A stretch of 64,000 nucleotides of DNA from an uncultured virus (IMG/VR IMGVR_UViG_3300005458_000017) (taxonomy: Duplodnaviria; Heunggongvirae; Uroviricota; Caudoviricetes), in the IMG/VR virus record IMGVR_UViG_3300005458_000017, one strand, 5' to 3'. Shown here piece by piece: positions 49,765 to 58,869 of the stretch. Every line of letters begins with the position of its first letter. The first letter of the stretch is position 1. The position numbers and the translations under genes were made by a program. The notes below the pieces were generated by a model that was not told the DNA's origin, did no database searches, and saw nothing but the letters and a program-made list of their open reading frames with translations.

Positions 49765-52055
49765 CAGCCGACGCCCCCGCTAACCGGCTTGGCGCCCGCA
49801 CCGGGTTGACTGCCGGTGAGGTGCGTCTGCGGCCCCATCGAATGCGACAACTGACTCGGTTGCATGCCTTGTGCACGTGACGCGTCCTGCGGCCCTGGTG
49901 GACCGGCGTTCAAACTCGGATCACTCATTGTTGATTGGCCGCCGAGCGTGCCGATATGTGTGGGCTTGCCCTCCGGCATCTGTTCGCGTTGTGCGAGAAT
50001 GCCGGACGTCAGTTCGGTGGTGATGCGCTTGACGCCGGCCTCGACGCCCTGGTTAACAGCCTGCGTAATCAGCGCGTCGATGTTGCCGCCGTTCTGTGCT
50101 TGCGCCTCTTGCTGCTTCATCATTTGTTCGATCTGGTCTTCAGACGGCACGATATCCTCACCCGGCATGCCGATCGTCGATGACACGTTGCGCAGCACGG
50201 TCGAGCGGCCCTTCAGCCCCATGATCTTCATGTCGGTCGGGTTGTTGGTCGCGGTCAGGAACTCGATCTGGCGCTGCCGGAGGGTTTCCCTCTGAATGGC
50301 TACGTTGACGCCCTGCACCGTGACCTTCTCTTCGCCGGTGAGCAGGCCTGACGTATCGGTCAGCATCAGCAGGTCAAATAATTGGAGGAGTGCTTCCTCC
50401 AATACGTCCCGATCGATATTCGCCGACACTGTCTGCAAAATCTTCGAGGCGTTGCCCATCAGCATCGCCAGACCAGACGCCGTTCTCCCAGCACCCGAGC
50501 CGGCCTGGCCGCCAACGTATTTCGGGATCGCGCTCACATCGTCCGCGATCGAGGTGAACTCCTGGTAGACCTGGATCAGCGGGGCGGCGTTGCTCGCCGG
50601 CATGAAGAAGCTGATCGGCTGGCGAGAGTTGTTGCCAACCGGATCGTTGCGGACGTGCCAGCGTTTCCATGGGTATAAGTCCTCGCCGTTTTCTTCCGGG
50701 GCAAGCATGTCGTCGTTGACCACAACCTGCGGACCCGACGAGATCGAGATGTTGTTGACCAGCGAACGCAGTGTGGCGTTGGCGACTTCCTGCAAATCGG
50801 CCAAAAGGTCCGTGAGCCCGTTTCCAACGGGCGTTCCAGGGACTTTTTCAAAAGACGTGATGAAATATGGGTGGCGTTGCCGCGGGCTGGGGGAGAGATG
50901 CGCCTTGATGACGTGGGTGCCGATCACCCAGACCTGGACATGGTAGTCGCGGAGTTCGTCCTCGACCGCCATGCCGTAGTCTTGAAGAATCCTTCCCTGG
51001 ACGTTGCCGTTGAACTCCATCATCGAGATCATCCCGGAGCGGTTCCAAGCCGGGTTCTCGCGGTTCTCCAGCACGCTGCGCTCGGCGTCGGTGGTGTCCC
51101 AGTTATCGTAGAGGCCGCCGGCGCCGTATTCGTCGAGCACCGCCCTGATCTCGGACACGTTGTAACCGGGCAAATCCAGGAGATCGTTGAGTTCAGCGCG
51201 GGTGACGCGCAGCTTCTCGATGGTGTTGGCGTTGGCGATGTCGGCGACGCCAGGGGTGAACCAGAGATCAAACGGCGAGACCCGGTTCCAGGTCAGCCTC
51301 GGCACCTGCTTCACGATCGGTTGACCGCCGCCCGGCGGCCAGATCACCTGCGGTACCACCTTGACCACGGGACCTTTGACGCAGGCGAACGGGAAGATCG
51401 GGAGATCGACCAGGAACTCGGCGAGGGCGTGATAGAAGCCGCCCTGTCGCAACATATCTTCGATCTTGCCCTCGCTGTCGCGCGCCTGCTTCGCTGCTTT
51501 CTTCTTCGCGGCTTCCTCGGCTTGGTCGAGCAGATGGCGCTTGCGATCGGCGGTGTCCGAAGGCGGCGGCGGCGTGCCCAGCGTTTGCGCCACCTTCTGT
51601 GCTTCTTGCTGAATCAACTGGTCGATCTGCTGCTTGATGTCGGCCGGGATGTCCGGATCGGCGGGCGGCTGCAACGCCCAAGGCTGGTCCTGCCCGAGAT
51701 AGATGTCTCGCAGGAGTGAAGAGGCGGCGCGGCACTTCTGCGCGATCATGCGCGCATAGACCGTCGACCCGCCGAACTTGGACAACTCGTTAAGTTTTGT
51801 CGGATCGTACTGGCCGTTGAACGTCCGCAATGCGGCAAGCATCCTGTTGCTCCAGCCGGCAGACGTATTTCGGTGGTTCCTGAAAATTTCGAACTGCGCG
51901 CGGACGTAGCCGGCAAGTTCCGGATATTGCGGGCCGGCGTTGTTCTCTGCGGCATCTTGGGCGTTTGCACGCGTCACCGCCGCAGCCTGAAGCTGCTGCT
52001 CCAACTGGTCAGGCGGTGTGAACTGGATAACGCCGGATTGTCCGAGAGCGGCCAT
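49764..52055 (-). CDS. Portal protein
   Basis: 763 aa between terminase and head genes; KCRAA, KGP, VSPFD, GPQV, GRTASGL.MLM. Confidence 0.85.
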   Translation of the reverse strand: MAALGQSGVIQFTPPDQLEQQLQAAAVTRANAQDAAENNAGPQYPELAGYVRAQFEIFRNHRNTSAGWSNRMLAALRTFNGQYDPTKLNELSKFGGSTVYARMIAQKCRAASSLLRDIYLGQDQPWALQPPADPDIPADIKQQIDQLIQQEAQKVAQTLGTPPPPSDTADRKRHLLDQAEEAAKKKAAKQARDSEGKIEDMLRQGGFYHALAEFLVDLPIFPFACVKGPVVKVVPQVIWPPGGGQPIVKQVPRLTWNRVSPFDLWFTPGVADIANANTIEKLRVTRAELNDLLDLPGYNVSEIRAVLDEYGAGGLYDNWDTTDAERSVLENRENPAWNRSGMISMMEFNGNVQGRILQDYGMAVEDELRDYHVQVWVIGTHVIKAHLSPSPRQRHPYFITSFEKVPGTPVGNGLTDLLADLQEVANATLRSLVNNISISSGPQVVVNDDMLAPEENGEDLYPWKRWHVRNDPVGNNSRQPISFFMPASNAAPLIQVYQEFTSIADDVSAIPKYVGGQAGSGAGRTASGLAMLMGNASKILQTVSANIDRDVLEEALLQLFDLLMLTDTSGLLTGEEKVTVQGVNVAIQRETLRQRQIEFLTATNNPTDMKIMGLKGRSTVLRNVSSTIGMPGEDIVPSEDQIEQMMKQQEAQAQNGGNIDALITQAVNQGVEAGVKRITTELTSGILAQREQMPEGKPTHIGTLGGQSTMSDPSLNAGPPGPQDASRAQGMQPSQLSHSMGPQTHLTGSQPGAGAKPVSGGVG

Positions 52056-52155
52056 ACTCGTCCCACAATTACGCGCGGACGCTCTGACGCAGGCCCCAAA
52101 CTTTTGCTTAATAGGCTACCGGTAGCGGTGGGGGTGGAAATGGAGGTCACAACCA

Positions 52156-52440
52156 ATGGACCAGCACAGCACCCTTAACCTATGGGTCGGCAACGTGATA
52201 TCGGCCTCGGCGATTCTGACGACGTTATTGGGCCTCGTGCCGGCAATCGCCGCGATCGTCGCGCTGCTGTGGTACCTGGTCCAAATCTACGAGAGCAATA
52301 CCATTCAGACGTGGCTCAAGAATCGCCGTCTCCGCAAGCTGGCGCGCTTGAAAGCGAGGGTCATCATGCTGCAAGCGCAACTGGCCCAGCCGGTTACACC
52401 TTCGGTTTTCGATCCGCCGTCCCTCGATAAACCCCAGTAA
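52156..52440 (+). CDS. Holin-like membrane protein on the opposite strand
   Basis: GGAGGT RBS; one to two TM helices followed by a basic tail. Confidence 0.65.
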   Translation: MDQHSTLNLWVGNVISASAILTTLLGLVPAIAAIVALLWYLVQIYESNTIQTWLKNRRLRKLARLKARVIMLQAQLAQPVTPSVFDPPSLDKPQ

Positions 52441-52653
52441 TTAGTCCGTCGGCAGCGGTACGCCATGCGGCCATCCGGTTGCCCAGAAGACCGGCCAGAT
52501 CGCACAACGGAGAAATATAAGCGCTAGGGTCGCATTCGGTGCCATCCCAACGTGGAAGAAGAATGTGAGACAAAAGCCAATCACATAAGTTCCGATCAAA
52601 GTCCAAATCCACCACGCCATCTCATATTCTCCCTGTTCGTTTTTCAGGTCCAT
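52441..52653 (-). CDS. Small membrane protein
   Basis: Hydrophobic ORF after terminase. Confidence 0.45.
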   Translation of the reverse strand: MDLKNEQGEYEMAWWIWTLIGTYVIGFCLTFFFHVGMAPNATLALIFLRCAIWPVFWATGWPHGVPLPTD

Positions 52654-54128
52654 GCTGCCGAGGTGAATTTCGGGCCTGCACGTTTAGTGCGCGGGCGCAG
52701 TCTCCGGGTGATCTCTGGCACCACGCCACCGTGAACAACCAGCGCGACATATTGCAGGTCGTCAGCTACGTGGCTGAAACCTTCTTTGTCGTTCTTCTCG
52801 GGGACAGTACGCAGGGCACCAGTTTTCATTTTCGTAAAGCGATAGCCGCCACTCATAGCGCGACACAAGAACGGGCACCCAGTTCTCGATATCATCAGGG
52901 ACGGACCTCCATTCGTCTGCTGTCCAAGCAGGGCCTCCACAGCGCGCAAGCGCGGCTCGATATCGTTGGTAGGTGCTGGGAACGCAGGTAAGCCAAGTCG
53001 TGCCAACGCGTCGAAGCAACTCTCCTCGGAAACGGAGCCCTTCGCAACGCCAGACGGATCGCCCACAAGCGCAACGCGGTAGCCTAGGTACTTCCCACTC
53101 AGGAGGATTGGTCGCAAGCTCTGGTTGACGTGCTTCTCCAAACCGACATTGGTACCCGGCACTTCCTGGTGCACCAGGAGTCTCCCCATGTGATCCATCT
53201 GGCATATCAGGCTCCATGGGTTGCGTCCGAAGTCCTGTCCGACCAGCAGCGGGTAGCCGGGGATGACTTGCGTGTCGTCGACGATATGAAAGTCCGAGCG
53301 GAAGCTGGATTTGAACACGGCAGAGCCGGACGGATCGTCGCCGTACTCGGCACGGACGTAACGGCGGACCCAATCTGAACCCTCGCCGTACATCTCAACA
53401 AACCGGTTGTAGTACTGGCGCCCTTGCGCCAGCCTCGCGGGATGGTCGATAGGAAGCTGAATGGTCTTTTCGTTTTGGACCAGCCAGTTGAGGTTCTCGG
53501 CATCGGGGGAGAGCCCCGAGGGCTGCTTGAATATCTGGAAGTTCATGGGGGGGTTTTCCATGAACTGGTGCCAGGGCGTCATTTCGGTCGGAAAATTCGT
53601 GTCCGCGATCAGGCCGTGCCATGTCGGCGTGCCATCGGGTCCGGATGGGTATCGTCCAAGCCGACCACTGATCGGGCTGATAACGTCGAGGTCCATTTCG
53701 ATCGCCTCCGACAGCCACGCGCCCGTCAACTGCATTGAAAGTAGGCGAGCCTGATCCTCAGCGTTCTCTAGCGGGATGAAGATCAGTTCGCTGCGTACAT
53801 CGTCGAACTCAATATGAAACGTACTCTCCGAGACCTTCCAAGACCCGAGGCCGCTCAGCCATTGTTGGCAATCTTTCAAGACAGTGTCACGAAGCTGTTT
53901 CAACGTCTGTCGGACAACTGAAAAACGAGTATGGCGACAGCCATCTGCGCCGCGCGATTGCTGCGTGGCACGACGGAGAACTTCGATTACGCACGCGGTT
54001 GTCTTGCCAGAGCCAACAGGGCCAGCGATCACACGGCCAAACGCCGCGCTCTTCATGAACCGGGAGCATGTCGGGGGCGCATCGTATTTCAGTTCGGGCA
54101 TGCGCGGACGCTCGTCCGCATGCCCCAA
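52644..54128 (-). CDS. terL: Terminase large subunit
   Basis: GPVGSGKT, VRQT..QL, WLSE, DTN, G.DFGR, GDPSG, SHVADDLQY. Confidence 0.92.
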   Translation of the reverse strand: MGHADERPRMPELKYDAPPTCSRFMKSAAFGRVIAGPVGSGKTTACVIEVLRRATQQSRGADGCRHTRFSVVRQTLKQLRDTVLKDCQQWLSGLGSWKVSESTFHIEFDDVRSELIFIPLENAEDQARLLSMQLTGAWLSEAIEMDLDVISPISGRLGRYPSGPDGTPTWHGLIADTNFPTEMTPWHQFMENPPMNFQIFKQPSGLSPDAENLNWLVQNEKTIQLPIDHPARLAQGRQYYNRFVEMYGEGSDWVRRYVRAEYGDDPSGSAVFKSSFRSDFHIVDDTQVIPGYPLLVGQDFGRNPWSLICQMDHMGRLLVHQEVPGTNVGLEKHVNQSLRPILLSGKYLGYRVALVGDPSGVAKGSVSEESCFDALARLGLPAFPAPTNDIEPRLRAVEALLGQQTNGGPSLMISRTGCPFLCRAMSGGYRFTKMKTGALRTVPEKNDKEGFSHVADDLQYVALVVHGGVVPEITRRLRPRTKRAGPKFTSAAWT

Positions 54129-54140
54129 AGTTTTTATTAA

Positions 54141-55289
54141 CTAGGCGGCTTCTCGGCGCGTGTCGGCGAAGTCCTGCCACGACACCCACGGCTTCTCTTC
54201 AGCGAGCGGCGTGAGTTGTTTCTCAAGGTAGACCTGCCAGTGCGCAGTCAGTCCATGTTCCGGATGGGTAAACCAAAGCGCCTGTGACGGTCGCGAATAG
54301 GGGGCGCGCAGCACGAGATGGGCGAACTCGTCGTATCCTTTGAGACTATTGTTGACGATGAGTCCCGGCAGGGTGATGTACTGGTGCCAGTGCCCAATGA
54401 GGAGCGTGTCGAAATCGCGACCGATCTGAGCCTCAGACCGGTGTGTCTTGAGAGTGCCGCGCATGATCGGACCCAAAGCGCCGATAATCCCATCGCCACC
54501 CTTAGTACCAAGACTGTCACCATGAGTAAGAAGATAGCGATGACCAAAAATATTGAAAGCGCAGTCAGCAGTTTCGGGTATTGAGAACTGGACATGCTTG
54601 CTCCTTCGGAAGTGGCGGGCGACACCGCAATAGACATTCCACTCGTGGGAGGTGAACACGCGCTCTTTCATCTGCATCTTCTTGGTGGAGCGACCGTGGT
54701 TGCCGACGACGCACGGCACAAAGAGTTTGCCGAAGCTGGTCGCCATCATTTCGAGGGCACCCGAAATCAGATCAATCAAGTCCTCGATCGCTTGCTGCGT
54801 GGTGCGATCATTGGTCTTCATCAGTTCCTCGTGAATATCACCGCCAAGCATGTCGCCGCCAAGAGCCACAATACAGCCGGGATATGTGATCTTCGCTCGA
54901 CCCATGTGGTTAAACGCGAGATCGACGGTTGTCTCCGCGAGACACTTAATCCGGCGTCTGGCGACGGTCTTGTCGTAGGTGTTGATGCCAGGCATTCGGA
55001 CAACTTCCGAGTAGTGCCAGTCGCTCCAGATCGTCGCAGGTACGCCTCTGGCTCCCGCCCGGCCCTCACGTACCGTCCATTCCGGGGGTTCCGGATCATA
55101 GGCGGCGATCTTGTAGATGTTCTCGCGGACGGTCTTGGCATCGTCCTGTTCCTTGGTGAGTTGCTCGATCAGCTTGCGCGCCGCAAGAATCTCCGCGTTC
55201 TTCTTCTTGATGATATCAGTCGCGTCACGAAGCTGATCGTCGACGGTTTTCAAAGGTACTGCCATTTCTAAATCTCCAGGCGCGCTCAC
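54141..55289 (-). CDS. Calcineurin-like metallophosphoesterase
   Basis: SDWH, GGD, GNHG, THGD, GHWH. Confidence 0.88.
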   Translation of the reverse strand: MSAPGDLEMAVPLKTVDDQLRDATDIIKKKNAEILAARKLIEQLTKEQDDAKTVRENIYKIAAYDPEPPEWTVREGRAGARGVPATIWSDWHYSEVVRMPGINTYDKTVARRRIKCLAETTVDLAFNHMGRAKITYPGCIVALGGDMLGGDIHEELMKTNDRTTQQAIEDLIDLISGALEMMATSFGKLFVPCVVGNHGRSTKKMQMKERVFTSHEWNVYCGVARHFRRSKHVQFSIPETADCAFNIFGHRYLLTHGDSLGTKGGDGIIGALGPIMRGTLKTHRSEAQIGRDFDTLLIGHWHQYITLPGLIVNNSLKGYDEFAHLVLRAPYSRPSQALWFTHPEHGLTAHWQVYLEKQLTPLAEEKPWVSWQDFADTRREAA

Positions 55290-55327
55290 GCCCTTTTACC
55301 GAATGTTCGTAACGCAACCTTGTCTCT

Positions 55328-56107
55328 TTACCCCGAGGAGTGCTTTTCGCCCGCAACCTTCTCGCGCGTCCCTTCGGTGATGAGTCGAAACGACGTTGTC
55401 CCTCCCGCCACTTCGCCGTCTGGCGAAATCGTCTGGCCGGCTCCATCCCCCGAGGAGTTAGCTGAAAGCGGCTTTGCGCCACCCGACGTTGAATTTTCCG
55501 GCGTAATATCTTTATGTCCAACGACGAGCTTCTCGTCTGCGCCAAGATTGATAGTAATCGTAAATTTTTCGCCGGGGCTGCCACCGGCCACGTCTCGCTC
55601 GCCGACACCAGCAACCTTAGCAATGAGCTTAGCCGCCTCGACCACGCCGGGGAGCCCTTCGCTCGCGTTGCCCATTCGGGTAAGCAGTAGTGGAAGCTTA
55701 TCTTCGAAACCGGCGGCAGCAAGCAGCTTGATGCGGTCCTGCGTGTTGCCGGCCGCGTTCCACTCGATGGTCGCGTGGTGCAGCGCCTGCTTGAAGAACT
55801 CGTGGTGTTCGACGAGGAAATCGAATTGCGTCCGGTTGATTTTATAATCCGCAAGTATGTCATGGGTCTCCCGGATATTCTGCGCGATCTCCCGCGCCAT
55901 CCGCGCCAGCAGGTGAACCGTGAGTTCTTTCGGAAGCTGCACCAGCGCTTTTGCCGCCTGCACACCGGCCGGCGTGAGACCCGTTTGCGTGGGCTCTACG
56001 TGGTCTTCAGGAATTACCGCCGCGGTAATTTCTTCCGCCGGCGGCTTCCACACCGCATCCGGATTGGTGATTAGGGCTTCAAAGCCAGTATCGACAAGCT
56101 CGTCCAT
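55328..56107 (-). CDS. Probable terminase small subunit
   Basis: Helical HTH-like core, F.I.INLG tail; position upstream of terL. Confidence 0.55.
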   Translation of the reverse strand: MDELVDTGFEALITNPDAVWKPPAEEITAAVIPEDHVEPTQTGLTPAGVQAAKALVQLPKELTVHLLARMAREIAQNIRETHDILADYKINRTQFDFLVEHHEFFKQALHHATIEWNAAGNTQDRIKLLAAAGFEDKLPLLLTRMGNASEGLPGVVEAAKLIAKVAGVGERDVAGGSPGEKFTITINLGADEKLVVGHKDITPENSTSGGAKPLSANSSGDGAGQTISPDGEVAGGTTSFRLITEGTREKVAGEKHSSG

Positions 56108-56475
56108 CAGTGAATCGCATCGTCCGACCACGGGCACTCCTGGAGGCGGCGCGCGTGGTTGGCGGCGCCGGCAGAGTAGTGCTCCACCAGGTGGGTGACG
56201 TTATCCATCGTTCGTTTAAGTATCGCGGCGTCAAGTTCTCCGCGGCCGAGCAACCCCTGAATGTTGACGATAACCCTGTACTGCGAAGCGTAGGAGTGCA
56301 GCGCCAGCGCTACATGCGCGATCCCCATAAATTCGCTGCGTGTGGTCTTGCGATCGTATGCGTCGATCAAGAGCATCGTCGCGCCGTACACGAGACGCGT
56401 CACGGCGTCCGGCGCGGGCTTAGTCTCGACCAGGTCGGCGATCAATGCTTCATCGAGAACCGGATCGGCCATCAC
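56107..56475 (-). CDS. Hypothetical protein
   Basis: Coupled ORF. Confidence 0.6.
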   Translation of the reverse strand: MMADPVLDEALIADLVETKPAPDAVTRLVYGATMLLIDAYDRKTTRSEFMGIAHVALALHSYASQYRVIVNIQGLLGRGELDAAILKRTMDNVTHLVEHYSAGAANHARRLQECPWSDDAIH

Positions 56476-57077
56476 GCCGCCTCGGCAAGGGGAGCTACGT
56501 CCACACCCCCGTCGGGGTACATCACGTGGCTCGTCAACGCGTGGACAGCACGGTCACGCTCGGCCGGTTCCATGCGATATCCGATACCCCAGATCGTTTT
56601 GATCTTGACGTCGAACGGCGTCAGCTTGCGGCGCAGGTGACAAATAATGACATCGACCATCTTGAGGTCGGTCTCGTCGCGGTTGGGGTCGCGAAGCGTT
56701 TCGATAACCTGATGAAGCTGCTCCTTGGTGACTTCGGACCGCTTGAGCAGAACCGCGAGGATCGACGATTGCAGGCGGGTGGTCTTGAAGACGATCGAGC
56801 AAAGGAATTTCAGTTTCTCGTCGTCTTCTAGCACATTGTGCTGTGGAAGTGCTCGTTTCGCGCGGCCCGATCCGGGCGGCCAATCATCCTTCGGTATCTC
56901 GGTGATCGTGCCACGGTGCATCGCGTCGTGGAGAATTTCATATACTTCGTCGCCGGGAATTTTGCAGGCCCGGGCGATCGCACGAACCGGTATTCCTTCA
57001 TCTGCCAGTCGTACAACAACCTTCCTGGTGTCAGCGTTTGTTGGAGTTTCTAGGGGGACAACAACGGGTGATGACAT
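56472..57077 (-). CDS. CtrA-like OmpR/PhoB winged-helix protein with N-terminal HTH and no receiver domain
   Basis: VTKEQL...E.D.KMVDVIICHLRRKL.....IKTIWGIGY resembles CtrA ..TKE...ELKIIDVFICKLRKKL...IETVWGRGY. Confidence 0.85.
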   Translation of the reverse strand: MSSPVVVPLETPTNADTRKVVVRLADEGIPVRAIARACKIPGDEVYEILHDAMHRGTITEIPKDDWPPGSGRAKRALPQHNVLEDDEKLKFLCSIVFKTTRLQSSILAVLLKRSEVTKEQLHQVIETLRDPNRDETDLKMVDVIICHLRRKLTPFDVKIKTIWGIGYRMEPAERDRAVHALTSHVMYPDGGVDVAPLAEAA

Positions 57078-57425
57078 TGTATCTCCTGAATGTGCTGCGC
57101 GTAGAGAGCAAGAAAAACTTTACATCTAACGTTTTGTTTTTCAACGCAACAACGTGTGATTGTATCAATCCTGCACACTTGACCAGAAAAGTTAGTGGGC
57201 TCGCCACCTTCTCACCCCCAACGGTGGCGTTCGTGCAGACGCCATGAAGAAAGGGCGAGCCCATGACCGAACCTAGGAAGATGTCTTAAAGAATCGCTAA
57301 AGGCCTCGCAGCATTACCCGCGAGGCCTCTACGCGTCGTCTTGTCGAGGAGTATTACGCGGCGGCGTCCTCGCTCGATACGGAGAGTGCGAAAGCGGAAG
57401 CCGCGGTAGCTCCGGCGCCGGTGAC

Positions 57426-57545
57426 TCAAGCCGCCGCATCGACCGCCGCCTGTGCAGTCGGGTCGGCGTGCGCAGCGAGCAGAGCTTCGGACGCTGCTAC
57501 ACTGCGAGCGACAGAAGCATTGAGTTTGGTCAGATCGAGTGCCAT
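57426..57545 (-). pseudogene. Ala-rich small gene truncated by a 64-bp inversion (restored form 57354..57545)
   Basis: AAAGGA RBS; inverting 57366..57429 between 8-bp inverted repeats restores an in-frame C-terminus. Confidence 0.6.
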
Positions 57546-57679
57546 GAGATGTTGTCCTTTCAGGATATGCAGCAGCAAGTTTTTGTCGTCGTGCAGATGG
57601 TGACCGGCGGCAAGCCCAGCCAACAGCAATTTGGTCGTCTCTATCCATTCGAGCATGGTGAGCAGTCCTTATTTTTTGA

Positions 57680-57928
57680 TTATGCGGCAAGCGGGAGTTC
57701 CATCTTGCCGGCAGAAGGCGGTGTCGGTTCGCTGCCGGTGATGGCATCGATCGCGACCTGCACGCGGGCCCATCGTCCCAGCATCCGCGTGAGGCTGGCT
57801 GACGTTCTCTCGACCACGAACAGGTCGTAGGCCTCCTGAAGTTCGTCGATGCGTTCGCGCAATATATCGACTCGCGCACCGGCCGGTTGACTGCGAAGTA
57901 TCTCGCGAGCTTCCTTGAAGAAGCTCAT
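57680..57928 (-). CDS. Hypothetical protein
   Basis: Helical ORF; start uncertain. Confidence 0.55.
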   Translation of the reverse strand: MSFFKEAREILRSQPAGARVDILRERIDELQEAYDLFVVERTSASLTRMLGRWARVQVAIDAITGSEPTPPSAGKMELPLAA

Positions 57929-58101
57929 TGTTTGTTTTGGAGTGTGATGCTCAACAACCATCAAGTTCCCCCTGTTCCAGGTATTTTTCTGTTGTCCACC
58001 GGACATAACGTACACTCAACCTCCCATTGCCCGAGTAAATTTTACCGCTGCAAAACGAATTGAACTTTTCGTTTTGGTAATGACAACCGGAGATAGCGGT
58101 T

Positions 58102-58296
58102 TCACGCGGCTTCATCCTGTTGCTCGGCCAAAACCGACGCAGCAAGCCGGCCGGTATGTGAGCGCCCGATTATTTTATCGAGGCGAATCCGTGGGGTTTT
58201 CAGTGTCGGCACGGGTGTGCAGTTTTGGTCGCACAGGCCCACCGCCGTCAGCGGGTATCCGCACTTGTTGCAGTGAAGCGGATCAGACTTTCTCAT
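58102..58296 (-). CDS. Small zinc-finger-like protein
   Basis: CNKC...C...C; GGAGG RBS. Confidence 0.5.
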   Translation of the reverse strand: MRKSDPLHCNKCGYPLTAVGLCDQNCTPVPTLKTPRIRLDKIIGRSHTGRLAASVLAEQQDEAA

Positions 58297-58358
58297 AGTG
58301 TTCCTCCAAAAATCACGATGGGATCACGATGGCCCGGCGGGAACATAGCGCGATCAAA

Positions 58359-58588
58359 TCGCACGGATTTCGCACGTATCGGACGCGCATGTTTCCGTAT
58401 CGTTCTGCCGATACCTGCCGGGTGAGGGTTTGGAGCCTTAGCGGAAAACCCTGAAAAATAAGGGCTTTCATGGTGGACGCACAAGGGATCGAACCTTGGA
58501 CCTCTCCCGTGTGAAGGGACGACTTGCATTTGATACCCCTATGTTTTTTTTCTGTGTGGGTGCGTTTCGCACGGATTTCGCACGGATT
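58359..58588. repeat. Putative integrase arm-type sites TCGCACGGATT
   Basis: Tandem pairs at 58359/58370 and 58567/58578 flanking the tRNA fragment. Confidence 0.75.
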
Positions 58589-58869
58589 TGAAAGTCCTCC
58601 ACCGTATCGTCGCCGATGTAGATCGTGGGCTCAGTGCCAAAGTCCAGTCCGATTACGCTATACGCCGGCGCGCCGGTGCCGGGGATCGGATCGGAGACGA
58701 ACTGGTTGGCGACATCGAAAGAGGTGTGCCCCAGGAAGGTGCAGGCGAACCAATGCTGGAGCGGCGCCAGTATTCGTTTCCACCTTGGCACCTTGCAGGG
58801 GAAGGCTGGACCGCAGAGCAGGTCCTCTTTCCAAGTCAGGTCCACGATGCCGTCGCGAGCAATCTTCAT
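58468..58869 (-). CDS. Hypothetical protein reading through attP
   Basis: ATGA overlap with int stop; ends at TGA right after the tRNA CCA. Confidence 0.4.
   Translation of the reverse strand: MKIARDGIVDLTWKEDLLCGPAFPCKVPRWKRILAPLQHWFACTFLGHTSFDVANQFVSDPIPGTGAPAYSVIGLDFGTEPTIYIGDDTVEDFQIRAKSVRNAPTQKKNIGVSNASRPFTRERSKVRSLVRPP
58471..58519 (-). other. attP core: 3' half of tRNA-Val(CAC)
   Basis: TCCCTT-CAC-ACGGGAGAGGTCCAAGG-TTCGATC-CCTTGTGCGTCCACCA has anticodon arm, T arm and CCA but no 5' acceptor strand or D arm; lies downstream of int. Confidence 0.88.

Noticed and set aside
58471..58545. Complete phage tRNA gene
   Set aside because: No D arm and no 5' acceptor strand complementary to TGCGTCC; better explained as the attP core
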